Positions 47,301-57,200 of a DNA stretch of 64,000 bases are shown piece after piece (positions within the stretch are counted from its first letter, which is position 1; every line of letters begins with the position of its first letter). The position numbers and the translations under genes are program-made. The notes below the pieces were generated by a model. It was not told where the DNA came from. It saw only the letters and a program-made list of their open reading frames with translations, and did not search any database. This DNA is from a virus: positions 1 through 64,000 of IMG/VR virus record IMGVR_UViG_3300025674_000016. The stretch is one strand, 5' to 3'.

Positions 47301-47594
47301 CTATTTGATGGAACTAAAGAGTTACTATACAACATGTACGAGGCTTTAAGAAAGTCTCTAAGTGAGGAATGGTGGCACAAAGAAGAGCGTAGATTTAAAA
47401 AATGGGAGAAACCACTAGATTTATCGGTCCCCGGTATTCTATTCATGACTCCTTGGAAAATTCTACAAGCACTCTTAACTCTTGTTCCTCCGTTAGATTG
47501 GTTCTTGGGCAAACTGAAAGACAGAATCCCAGCACTACCGCCTTACAGAAGGGGCAAAGAGGAGCCGTGCCCAGAAGATAGGGCAGAAAGATGA
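41325..47594 (+). CDS. very large (2089 aa) structural protein of the baseplate module
   Basis: uninterrupted ORF between spike-like and gp25-like genes; hydrophobic helices and a glycine zipper. Confidence 0.8.
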   Translation: MSNFDLLENGVDRPTERPSERYDRPPSAESYRNTEATHFVHFVWDENWDEENWQSSSHLVRRDLSGTDWDIVTKDCAILYSDLPNLESSTVVARLSHKSLVNVIRERVGPSGLYHYVRVTNTNPSVDGLEGYINYEHLTKLPGIAPSLPVTFRCIKQHDKNRDFCSITSTNWHSTTEPYLDTFDCNYKINVVTGYSDTGDGSLKQRMQEQIPRGVQELLVYYDKERSPEQLQRLLGAFRFAEATSWNLDLQDQGSRLKVLVTVPARYFDAIPDASSKLSSVGDGVVRSATLESSNIDRRIERLAKKMRSWHRSSSWEKSKSLYSGPEPFYKEYSFSEEASRLEAFLSGLRRLLALNRKSIRARSNDTIEIGMDAEYKLSYVLVNDDSGTHRMKIGINKLKQMEPFNHQRTMAYIFYLYEISNEFKRSNGIKGGWPVFLKKYTFPPPNQQPASKKKKCKPTIKDPFKCMPKEFQDFAKGHLNNVKCEDLPAEMRTTPMNLGSSEINMFYEALESGEWSNYEDRFAKVRTQAENIISKKSIKEFKEQIRRENQQFDGSYDFVGDPFVESLDKRLQKYGSEEYAEEFENKLFDKFMKDVVVKVDIKGAISTLHQCLCDELQRQVDILINNLQDRDHPAVRAAELTASAAGCGNPCQVLPILCSCLPIPWPLKFDLPAKFSIPDIMRYLTAAIIDAIISAAFKFLLDLIKAIISETIKCDRSSDVSRDFKKQFELNYPFAETNFSKEEIEDTLSKNEMPSELVDIDKINSLITETVLLLTPREFCNLISGEPSLSAIEAVSFLINERYPDFKENFSTHEKIKTLYSSIGDMIDPDICRNLDQILDSVPIEPGNYICDETNLRSDIASGKATREQIGEIMIEASKCSSEKLETITNLTRDLVAGNSIMGALMPELIKTPANPGGIIPRDPPPVLYMTNLANDSIFKGVERRFYTEMNSHVPTLITTKQIPRGTGEGFVKFFEDNGFAGEGDADLQKSLGKTIADGLGEILTYEAVRREDYVDTLNLASLDIPSRSIYPSVTSEQNFSLGDNLYELFPIPGFSNGSINQDLSPPIRQESLRVEYNICGETVSSVNFSSIRDAYSVRIQDTQDATRGPLDLMTFDGKKKIKDNILALYEDFITSGEYSPSRELLSVILSNKWASLSGAPDSLKDKLKDPTYGLNKFHANTLFQFETNKILSRLAKIFSKSRLLDSRRVDFLPLLGNATTFDEAFENLRSIRFSPDLDCEIKEPGLLNLDDVMSKVFNYYNNDLQQDPSIRYVNSSNYGVIMLIVRVICIHEILNSVFTFAQFRAENILESELMVHYLLSKFRKEIATQTFVNHPNFYEELRSTIGVLIAQRKFVEKEDFADPFTNEPVDVRLDPRYVMELVQSTQHDPTGLIETIDLEELDGGELDYNPNGLDSVLNCYIAGVDQREESVNECVPQTESDALNETSDGTPVNSGNEEILNDTSVAQQDMRGGKTPVGFMEFFVKEQLKAISGELEVLLGTEINDIDQYMINGISRTTDVQSFYAGDGFDPRPQNRLFLQSSRREGSISLAAVAESELREIYEVYKLYLETGSYDTNFFSRLSRMHRRGEISDQVYERYMSPRNITVENRNRNIIRDFATGAAVGARAGAVTVGGALVGAFVGGFVGASRGERRRDRDRRQEYFQDRDEVFALLMEDLQSLFVPTSQQRILNNKFDYLQNGGFITERYVRVRDLSEQEWNELIDNPNTPETKEIKQLLKEKILGRHGTLKGVVSLQDWYRFNSDLADFLVNQTISPYDNIRTINPRVAAVILRKVNTWYKSVKFGKRMCYVYPLLEGLSGDGDQVQYLPQLKEAINTLQRDMLKPEFFDQARREKTFISFESVQTDFSVTNITETGDSIGKELSVARDYIIFTVPVVSAEMELTLDSFRGSGFDSSDYDSFNIYDPFNNMDHNPYVKMYEDLFEINLTNQILNKDEYKAIFDYIFPLDRFVSLLTIYTAEYVAGLPGRKELFDGTKELLYNMYEALRKSLSEEWWHKEERRFKKWEKPLDLSVPGILFMTPWKILQALLTLVPPLDWFLGKLKDRIPALPPYRRGKEEPCPEDRAER

Positions 47595-47604
47595 GGGAAA
47601 CTAA

Positions 47605-47982
47605 ATGCCAGGTATATCTCCAAAACTACCATTAGTCAAAGATCCAGTTGATGGCTTTCTTCTTACCAAAAGTTATCGTGAGGCAATAAAACAAAATTTT
47701 AAAATGCTAATGTTGACTTCTCCCGGCGAAAGAATGATGGAACCAGATTTTGGAGTTGGGCTGAGAAGGTTCTTATTTGAACCTTTCGATAGTTTTGTTT
47801 TCGACGACATAGAAGAAAAGATTTATGAACAAGTTCAAGAGTATATGCCATTTATAGAAATTGTAAATATTGTTTTTAACGATCCACAAACAGAAGAATA
47901 TGAGAATCTTTTGGGGATTCAAATAGATTATTTCATAACTCCAATCGGAGAAATGGCTACATTAGACTTTTTCCCTAGTTAG
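47605..47982 (+). CDS. gp25/GPW-like baseplate wedge protein
   Basis: IKQN...L.LTSPGERMMEPDFGVGL..FLFE. Confidence 0.92.
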   Translation: MPGISPKLPLVKDPVDGFLLTKSYREAIKQNFKMLMLTSPGERMMEPDFGVGLRRFLFEPFDSFVFDDIEEKIYEQVQEYMPFIEIVNIVFNDPQTEEYENLLGIQIDYFITPIGEMATLDFFPS

Positions 47983-47994
47983 TGAGGTTTTGAC

Positions 47995-49800
47995 ATGTCA
48001 GATAAACTAGTACCTATAGATTACACAAGTAGAGATTTCGCTTCAATAAAAGGGGATCTAGAAGAGTATGCTAGGAGATATTACCCCGACACCTTCAGAG
48101 ATTTCAGCGAAGCCAGCTTTGGCTCTTTAATGCTGGACACCGTAGCTTATGTCGGAGACATCTTATCTTTTTATTTGGATTTTCAAGTTAATGAATCCTT
48201 CTTACACACTTCAATACAATATGATAACATTGAAAGAATAGGCAGGCAACTTGGCTACAAATACAGGATGGCGCCTACGTCACATGGTATTTTAGCCCTA
48301 TACATAACAGTACCAGCAAATACGAACGGACTTGGACCAGATACTGATTATTTACCAATATTGAGATCGGGTGCTACTTTTTCTTCAACTAACGGCTTGT
48401 CTTATACGCTCATAAGCGAAGTTAATTTTGCAGATAGTAATAACGAAGTTGTTGTTGCCAATGTAGACCGAGAGACAGGCATACCTACTTCATACGCAGT
48501 TAGGGCTTATGGACAGATAATTTCCGGTATTAATAATAGCGTTTCTATTGAAACAGGAGGGTTTTCAAGATTTAAAAGAATACAAATCCCATCCAGAAAC
48601 ATATCAGAAATATTATCTGTCGTAGACTCCGAGGGCCATACATACTATGAGGTAGAGTATTTATCACAAAATACAGTATTCATAGAGACCCTTAATAGAG
48701 GCAGCGACAGAGAAACTGCAAAAACAATTTTAAAGCCAGTTATAGTCCCCAGAAGGTTTACCGTGGAGAGCACGCCTACTGGGGTTTACTTGCAATTTGG
48801 ATACGGATCAGAAGAAAACTTAAGTAGCAACCTTATCACAGATCCAAGTGACGTTCTTATGGATGTTCATGGAAAGAACTATACAGCAGATAGCTCCTTT
48901 GATCCAACGAGATTAACACAAACAGACAAATTTGGAATAGTACCAGTCAACACAACATTGGTTGTGACATTTAGATCTAACCCGTCTGTTATTGTAAATT
49001 CTGGGACAAATACGATCAATACTCCAACCTCATTTAATTTCGTCTTCCCTGCCTTGCAAGAGGGCAAATCACTTAGTGATGCCGAAATCAATTCAGTTAT
49101 TGATTCTCTAGAATGTACTAACCAAGAGCCCGTTGTTGGTGGAACTTCGACACCTTCGTCTACAGAGTTGAAACATAGAATCTTTGCACATCATGCTGCG
49201 CAAAACAGAGCCGTTACAAGGAACGACTATAAAAGCATGATCTATAGCATGCCAAGCGGTCTTGGATCGATCAAGAGAGTTAATATCGTACAAGACACAG
49301 ATAGCTTTAAAAGGAACTTAAATATTTATGTTTTATCGGAAGATTCGGTCGGCAACTTTATAAGATCAAATACGACCATAAAGGCTAACTTAAAAAATTG
49401 GATCAATAGATATAAAATGATTAATGATACGGTTGATATTCTTGATGCGTACATTGTCAATATAGGGATAGAATATACAGCCGTCGCAATGAGAGGTGCA
49501 AATAGATTTGATTTAGTTGAAACTGCAAACGCAATACTTAGAGAAAGAATTGCTAGAAGAAAGATGGATATTGGAGAAAGGTTTTATATTTCCGATGTAT
49601 ATGATATTCTTAAATTTGTCCCCGGCTTGTCTGATGTTGTGGATGTTACAATAACAAGAAATGTTGGAGGAAGATATTCTGATACAACTTTCTTTTTAGA
49701 TGAGTTTATAGACCCAGACGGAAAATACATTGATATTCCAGAGAACGTAATTTTAGAAATTAAATTTCCAAACGCAGATATAAAAGGAACTATAAGATAA
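47995..49800 (+). CDS. T4 gp6-like baseplate wedge subunit
   Basis: DYTSRDFASIK, DFSEAS.G, LGYK, FG.G, AQNRAVT..DY. Confidence 0.9.
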   Translation: MSDKLVPIDYTSRDFASIKGDLEEYARRYYPDTFRDFSEASFGSLMLDTVAYVGDILSFYLDFQVNESFLHTSIQYDNIERIGRQLGYKYRMAPTSHGILALYITVPANTNGLGPDTDYLPILRSGATFSSTNGLSYTLISEVNFADSNNEVVVANVDRETGIPTSYAVRAYGQIISGINNSVSIETGGFSRFKRIQIPSRNISEILSVVDSEGHTYYEVEYLSQNTVFIETLNRGSDRETAKTILKPVIVPRRFTVESTPTGVYLQFGYGSEENLSSNLITDPSDVLMDVHGKNYTADSSFDPTRLTQTDKFGIVPVNTTLVVTFRSNPSVIVNSGTNTINTPTSFNFVFPALQEGKSLSDAEINSVIDSLECTNQEPVVGGTSTPSSTELKHRIFAHHAAQNRAVTRNDYKSMIYSMPSGLGSIKRVNIVQDTDSFKRNLNIYVLSEDSVGNFIRSNTTIKANLKNWINRYKMINDTVDILDAYIVNIGIEYTAVAMRGANRFDLVETANAILRERIARRKMDIGERFYISDVYDILKFVPGLSDVVDVTITRNVGGRYSDTTFFLDEFIDPDGKYIDIPENVILEIKFPNADIKGTIR

Positions 49801-51278
49801 TGGCAATCAAGAGATACCTCGCATCTAAAGACAACACTATAACAAATGCATTTAAATCCAGCCTCATACTTAGAGGAACGGGTTCAAATATGGGCCTTTC
49901 TGATGTTTCAGAGGTATTCTCTATTTACGGTCAGCAAAGCACTTCATCAATTGAAAAGTCTAGAATCTTAACAGAATGGGATATTAGCACTATCCAGTCA
50001 GATAGAGATGCGGGAGATATCCCGGCTAGTGGAAGTGTGAATTTCTTTCTAAATTTATATAACGCAAAACACTCTTTTACTTTGCCGAGAGAATTCACTT
50101 TGGTGGTTCACCCAATCTCAAGATCTTGGGATGAGGGAAGAGGTCTTGATATGGATGAGTATTCCGATCTGGGCTATTCAAACTGGATTGTCGCCTCTAG
50201 CTCTTCTTCTGGTCTAGTAAACTGGACTACTGAAGGCGGAGATTTTCACACTTTGCCTTATACGCCCGGTGCAACCTTGCCTTCATTTTCACAACATTTT
50301 GAAAAAGGCACAGAAGATTTGAGCATAGACGTAACTTCTCTAGTGGAAGAGTGGCTGGATGGCACAACCGATGAAGCTAGGAAGAACTATGGAGTTGGCG
50401 TTTTCCTAACAAGCAGTCAAGAGAATGGGTCCGAGAAACAAAGTTTTTATACTAAGAAATTTTTTGCTAGGGGAACTGAGTTTTTTTATAAGAGGCCGAT
50501 CATTGAAGCGAGATGGGATGATTCTAAGAAAGATAATGCAGGCAATTTCTTTTTAAGCAGTTCTCTAGCCGACGCTAGTGATAATTTAAATACTTTATTT
50601 TTATATAATTTTGTAAGAGGTCAATTAAAAGACATCCCAAGTGTCGGTTCTGGAGATATCTTTTTAAGTGTCTATTCAACTCTGGGTGGAGATAAAATAA
50701 CTCTACCAGTTGGATCGGGTGTTGTTTCCAATAACGATGTTAATGTCACAGGAAGCAGAGTCGAGGCTGGAATATATTCCGCTAAGTTTGCCTATACTGG
50801 ATCTGCAACAACAATCTACCCAGTATGGCATGACGGAACAACAGAGTTTTTCACAGGATCAGCGATATCAGTAAATAGCTTGTCTTCACTTAGCTACAAT
50901 CCTAATCCCAAGTATGTTTCAAATATAACTAATTTAAAGGCAATCTATGATACAGACGAGAATGCTCGTTTTAGATTGTACATCAGACAAAAAGATTGGA
51001 GTCCAACTATTTATACAAAGGCAACAGAGAATATTGAGACCGAAATAGTTGAAGACGCTTATTATAAAATATTTAGAATAATTGATGAGTTAGATGTGAT
51101 ACCATATGGCACAGGAAGTTTAAATCACACAAGATTGTCATATGACGTGTCAGGAAGTTATTTCGATCTAGATATGAGTCTCTTGGAGCCTGAGTATGCA
51201 TATGGAATTAAGTTTGTTTACTTTGTAAATGGTGCGTATCACGAGCAAAAAGAGCTATTCAAATTTAGAGTAGAATAA
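49800..51278 (+). CDS. virion structural protein (DNRLRE-like beta-sandwich)
   Basis: SRIL..., ISRSWDEG.G, W...GGD, DVT.LVEEW, NYG, RP..EARWDD. Confidence 0.7.
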   Translation: MAIKRYLASKDNTITNAFKSSLILRGTGSNMGLSDVSEVFSIYGQQSTSSIEKSRILTEWDISTIQSDRDAGDIPASGSVNFFLNLYNAKHSFTLPREFTLVVHPISRSWDEGRGLDMDEYSDLGYSNWIVASSSSSGLVNWTTEGGDFHTLPYTPGATLPSFSQHFEKGTEDLSIDVTSLVEEWLDGTTDEARKNYGVGVFLTSSQENGSEKQSFYTKKFFARGTEFFYKRPIIEARWDDSKKDNAGNFFLSSSLADASDNLNTLFLYNFVRGQLKDIPSVGSGDIFLSVYSTLGGDKITLPVGSGVVSNNDVNVTGSRVEAGIYSAKFAYTGSATTIYPVWHDGTTEFFTGSAISVNSLSSLSYNPNPKYVSNITNLKAIYDTDENARFRLYIRQKDWSPTIYTKATENIETEIVEDAYYKIFRIIDELDVIPYGTGSLNHTRLSYDVSGSYFDLDMSLLEPEYAYGIKFVYFVNGAYHEQKELFKFRVE

Positions 51279-51279
51279 C

Positions 51280-54200
51280 ATGTCAATTAAAGATCTTTTT
51301 CAACCCAAAAGAGCCCTTAAAGTTTTATCCCAAAAAAGTGTGGAAGAAGTGGCATCTGATGTCGAATCAGTCGAGTATCTAAGATTAGCCATTCAAGATA
51401 AGAAAAGATTCTTTCCACAAGTCGATTTTTCAAGACCAGGTACTTTTTCAAAGTTTGGGTCAGCGGAAGAATATTTCGAATCTTCTATCTTCAGAATATA
51501 CGCGCAATATCCATATGACGGCTCCTTAAAAGAAAAGTTACAATGGGAACTAAGCTCTTCGTATTTGGATCTTCATATATTTGAAAACGAGTACCCTAGG
51601 ACTAATGGCTACGCTATTTTCTCACCAAGCGGGTGGGGTACTCTTCAAACAACTGTAGGTGATTATGGAGAGTCAAATAGTGATGAGTATATCACCTTAA
51701 AGGGTGGCCCCAACAAAGATCCCAACACGTCAGAAACAAAAAAGATTTTTCCATCAGACGGTGGCATTGCAAACATTTATGACACCTCCAATAATAGAGA
51801 ATCTAACTTAAAATTTGATCTTAGAAATAACGGCGTTACCATTGAATTCTGGTTTAAGCAGGACTCTTTTAATGTTGCAGATACTAAAAAGCAAGTAATT
51901 TTTGATCTATGGAACGGGCAGCCTTCTTCAAGTGCTGATTACGGAAGGCTAACGCTAGAAATATCAGGCACAGCCGCCTCTGAGTCTCCTTTTTATGTCA
52001 CGGCCCAATCGGGTACAGCGGGCTGTTTTAATGAACAAATTGGCTCTTCTATCGCAGGGACTGGCTCTTTAGAGACTTGGAAGCATTACGCCTTCAATTT
52101 TACAAAAAAGATTACAAGCCCCTTTTCTTCCAATGTTCAAGTGAAGTTTTATGTAAACGGGGATCTCAATTCAACTCAATTATTGGGAACCAAAGGGATT
52201 AACGAAGTAACTGGGGATTTAATAGCAAATATTGGAGCCTTGAGGACTTCTCCATCTGGAAACATATTCCACAACCAAGAAATGGAAGGATGGGGCAAAC
52301 TATCTGGCTCCATAGATGAATTTAGATTTTGGAAAACAAGTAGAAGTTCAAAGCAGATCGGCAGATATTGGTTCTCCCAAGTTGGCGGAGGGACAAATAC
52401 AGACCTTGCAAATACAGATCTGGGCGTTTACTATAAATTTAATGAAGGCATAACAGAGAAATCTTCTATTGATTCTGTTGTTTTGGACTATTCTGGTCGC
52501 ATAACTAATGGAACGTGGACTGGGTATACTACTAGTTCTAGAAACACTGGGTCTGCGATGGTGCTGTCTAATGCAGCCGAAAGAGAATTTAAAGACCCTA
52601 TCATTAGAACAAATCACCCAACTTTAAGTGACTTTATCACTTCCAAGAAATTAGATGGTAAGGCATTCGATAGCTATAATTCTTCACAACTTTATAAATC
52701 TTTGCCTGCTTGGGTGCTAGAGGAGGACGAAGAGCACTCTGCTAATATTAAAAAATTAACACAAATAATGTCAAATTATTTTGACACTTTGCATTTGCAG
52801 ATGGACTTGTTTCCTCACATACAAGATGTAACTTATCCCTCTGGATCGCTTACTGGTATTAGTCGCCCCCTTCCTTTCTCAAAAGATCTTTTAACGAGCA
52901 GGGGACTTATCACGCCGGACATCTTTGCAGATGCAACGGTTTTAGAGTATATTGGTGATAGAGATGAAGATAGGGAATATGAAAACGACCTTGAGACAAT
53001 AAAGAATACAATTTATAAAAATATTTATAATAACTTATCTTTTATTTTTAAGTCCAAAGGAACAGAAAAGTCTTTTAGAAATCTCATTAGATGCTTTGGT
53101 GTAGATGATGAACTAGTGAAAGTAAATATGTATGCCAATGAATATACATATACTTTCGAAAATAACTATAAACATATATCAAGGCGAACAAACTACGCCG
53201 ATTTTAATCACCCAACAAGATTCAACGCAACAGTTCACCAATATCCAGACTCAAACAACGTCAATACTGTATCTTACATAAGCGGGTCTAAAAGTGATTA
53301 CTTAGAGCAGGGACTAGCGATTACTTTTGAGACCGAGGTTCTTTTCCCTAAAACATTTGACAAATCCTCAGTACACTTTTTTGATCCTCCTGGGTTGGTA
53401 TCGAGTTTGTTTGGTGCTCACACGGCAGACACTAGCTTATCAGATACGGACACTACGACCGCCACTCCAGATGTTGCCAATTTTCAAGTATTTTCTGTCA
53501 GAAGAGATGAAACTTCTAAAGATGTTACGTTTAAACTAACAGGCTCTGCTGGCGGATATTTCCCAGAGTTAACAAGTAGTATCTTTGCAGACACTTATGA
53601 TAACGAAAGATGGCTCTTGGCTGTTAGAGTTGCGCCAACAAAGTTTCCGAATGTAGGTCAACTAGACGGCGATGACGATACATATACAATAAATTTTTAT
53701 GGTGTCAACACTACATTCGGAGACGTTAGTGGCGAGTTTGAATTAACGGGAACAATACCTAGCAGCCAAGGACTAGAGATTGTATCAAATCCAAAAAGAT
53801 TTTTTATAGGTGCCCATAGAGAAAATCTGACAGGATCGGTTCTAAACAAAACTGATGTAAAAATAAGCAATTGCAAGGTCTGGTATGATTATATATCTAA
53901 CGAAGATCTAAAAGCACACTCTCTAGATCCAGCGAGCTTTGGTACATCAAACCCTTCCCGTAGGGCTTTCCTGCATGAAGACAACATTGGAAAGAAGTCT
54001 ATTTCGCAGGCAGAGACTTTAGCATTACACTGGACATTTGAAACAGTAACCGGCTCAGATAGCGCAGGAAAGTTTTTAGTACCAGACTTATCTTCAGGCT
54101 CAGTGCTCGATGAAAATAGACATGGCTGGATTAGCAAAATTACAAATAGACAGCACTCTGGGCAGGGTTATGGATTCCAATCAAACTTTACAAGCTCTAT

Positions 54201-57200
54201 TGATAAAGATTTTATATTCTCATACAAACAGCAATTGCCTGAGATTCTTTCTAGTGAGGACACAGTAAACATTGTTAATCAAGATGACCTTGTTTTTACT
54301 AGAGAAAACAGACCTCAAAGCTTTTTCTTTGCAATCGAAAAAAGCATGTATCAGGAAATTTCCTATGAGATCCTAAAGATGTTTTCGACAATGAAAGATT
54401 TTAATAATCTTATAGGAGAGCCTGTTCACCGATATCGACAAAGCTATAAAAGTCTTGAAAAACTAAGACAACTATACTTTGAAAGAGTCAGAAACACACC
54501 AGATTTTGAAAGATTTGTTGATTTTTACAAATGGTTTGATGATTCATTATCTGACTTGATAAGACAACTAGTGCCAGCTTCTGCAATGATGTCAGAAGAA
54601 ATAATGACTGTAGTTGAAAGTCATATTTTAGAAAGAAACAAATATTGGCATAAATTCCCAACTTTAGAATCGCAACAAATAGAACCTGAAGCTGGGGCAC
54701 GAGGAATAAACGAGCTTTCTTATAACTGGAAAATTGGCCATGCACCAGTGTCTAGTAGAGAAAGTGATAATTGTTTTTGGTGGAACCAGAAAGCAGAAAG
54801 AGAAGGGGTCGTATCAAGTGGCGATGCGGGGGCCGATTCTAGTAGAGGGTCTATTTTATCTGCTAGTTTGCAAGTATTCAACAGAAAATTGTCCACCCCA
54901 CACAAATTAGTTGTCGGAGAATCTTCTGTTATAAAGTCTGGCGTGTCAATTCACCACAACAACAAGGCCGATTTTTTCAAATCTGAAATCTCCACGCTTG
55001 GAACGCCAAAGACAATAACTGCATCTTTTGATAATTATTTTAAAGATTGCAACGATGACAGACCAGAGACAGAAAAAACAAAAATATCTCTAAGTGTTGA
55101 GGATTTAAGTGTTTTAGACGGAGAGGCTAAAGGAGAAATGGTGTTGCCCTTCTCCGTATTCAGCTCTTCTGCAAACCCTCTTTTTGCAATTTCAACAGAC
55201 AAAGAGATAACAAATCTTCATAAAGATTATTCCAATAAATCATATGAAACCCCACTTCAAGGTCCGTTCACTCAAGAACATGTCGGTGGCCTACAGCATA
55301 GAAACATAGGTGCAATTGATTTTCTAGCCAATACAGATAACAATACAATCAATAGCAGACCTGAAGGTTTTAGAATTAGAATAAATGGAAGCACTGTATA
55401 TGTTGATGGTGCTAGCAAGGGCACTGACGGGGTTACAAACCTAAACCTGCCAAGAGCAATTTTCTTTAGGGATGAGACCTCCAAAAGACCAGTAAACATA
55501 AAAAACATAAAGTCATCTACTTCAAATGGCATCTTAGGCAACTACACCGAAGATCACGAGATAGTGCAAACATCAAATAGGAGAATAAACAATTCTTGGT
55601 TTACCTATAGTGGCAGCGCAGAAAATCTTGAGACACCAAGTGTCTTGGCTGATTTGGATTCTTTTGTAATAGGGACTGGTTCTTTCTCATCTCTAGAAGC
55701 CACAGAATATACCAAGCCACAAAGAGGCAAGAATAAACATGTTATCGTTGAAAGATTCTCAGCCCCCGGCGGTCCAGAAACAGCGGGTGATGCCAATGGC
55801 GGTATTGGACTAGATGCCTTATCTGCGGAATATTCAATCTATAACATGATGAATTACCGCAACAACATTGTTAGAACATCACTAAACGATAGATCGATTG
55901 AGCATGCAGGTCAATTTGGAACAAGGCAAGGCACATCAATTAGTGAATTGGATTACGATAACACTGCTGCTTTCCACAAAGTAAATCGTAACACCCTTAG
56001 AAGAATAGAGTTGAGTGGTTCTAACGACACTATTGTCACAGGAACAGTGAGAGACAATCTTTTCATTCAGCACCCTATTCCTCAAGGAGATTTAGGGTAT
56101 GCTTGGATTACTGCCTCTGCAATTAGCGCACCACTAGGTTACGCTAGGGATTCAAGACAATACCCAACAGCAGCAGATACAATTACATTTCTGAGTGCTA
56201 GCTCTTTTGGCCTCTATGACGACGGAGGAGACATATATTTTGGAATCGATGAGGTAGAGGCAGGGCTCAGCGGATATCCAATGTTTTATAATTTTGATTT
56301 TGTTGGATTAAACATAGGACTGAGCGAGCCTATAGTTTCATCAACCAACACTATTGGATTAGATTCTAGTGAAGATGTTGCAGAATATATAAACAGAACA
56401 GTTGCAATTAGTTTGGGACCATATGACGACTATCGAGCCCGCGTATTAAACTCTATTAACCTTAACAGAAACGGCCCTTATGGATATCCAACCTTCAAAC
56501 AAATTAGAACTGGTGAGCATAAAGTAGCCAGAGACCAGAGGAAAAATAACAGACTAGACCATATTACACCAGCTAGGAGAACTAGGGTATTAGGTAGAGA
56601 AATCGCAATACCACCTGTTAAATCAACGGTTATAGAACCCCCTCTTTCTTCAAGATTCAAGCCAATGTCTCATACATTACGAATGGAAACTAGAATTGAA
56701 GAAGGCGAGAGCGAAGAAAAAGAATTTATTCTTAAGCATACATATGCAAATAACTTGACTTATTTTGCAAACAAGTTCCTTGATGATAGGTTAACTAAAT
56801 TTGATGGCTCACCGCTACAAAATAATATCAGGCAGATCTATAACGAAATTACAGATCTTTATATCCGAGCAGATATGGACGACATGAGAAATCCAGTAAG
56901 CGATTTCATTTCTCTAAGATATAAAGAGACAATTTATCCGAGAGAAGAAAATACTTTCTTGAATAGAACAAGAAGCAGGGTAAACTACGACGTAGCAGAA
57001 ATATTAAAATGGAGAAGCTCGCGGATTGATCGAGCCTCTGGTTCCTTAACAAATTCGCTTGGAGAGCCGCAAACTGCTAGTTTATGGCCTCTAGATGGCC
57101 GCTTTGATGGAACTGGCTTTACGTCTGCAACAACTCTTAGGGTCGATCAAGTCGTGGCTGGCGCAGCGTCACCTGGGCTAGACAACTCTGGCGAACTGTT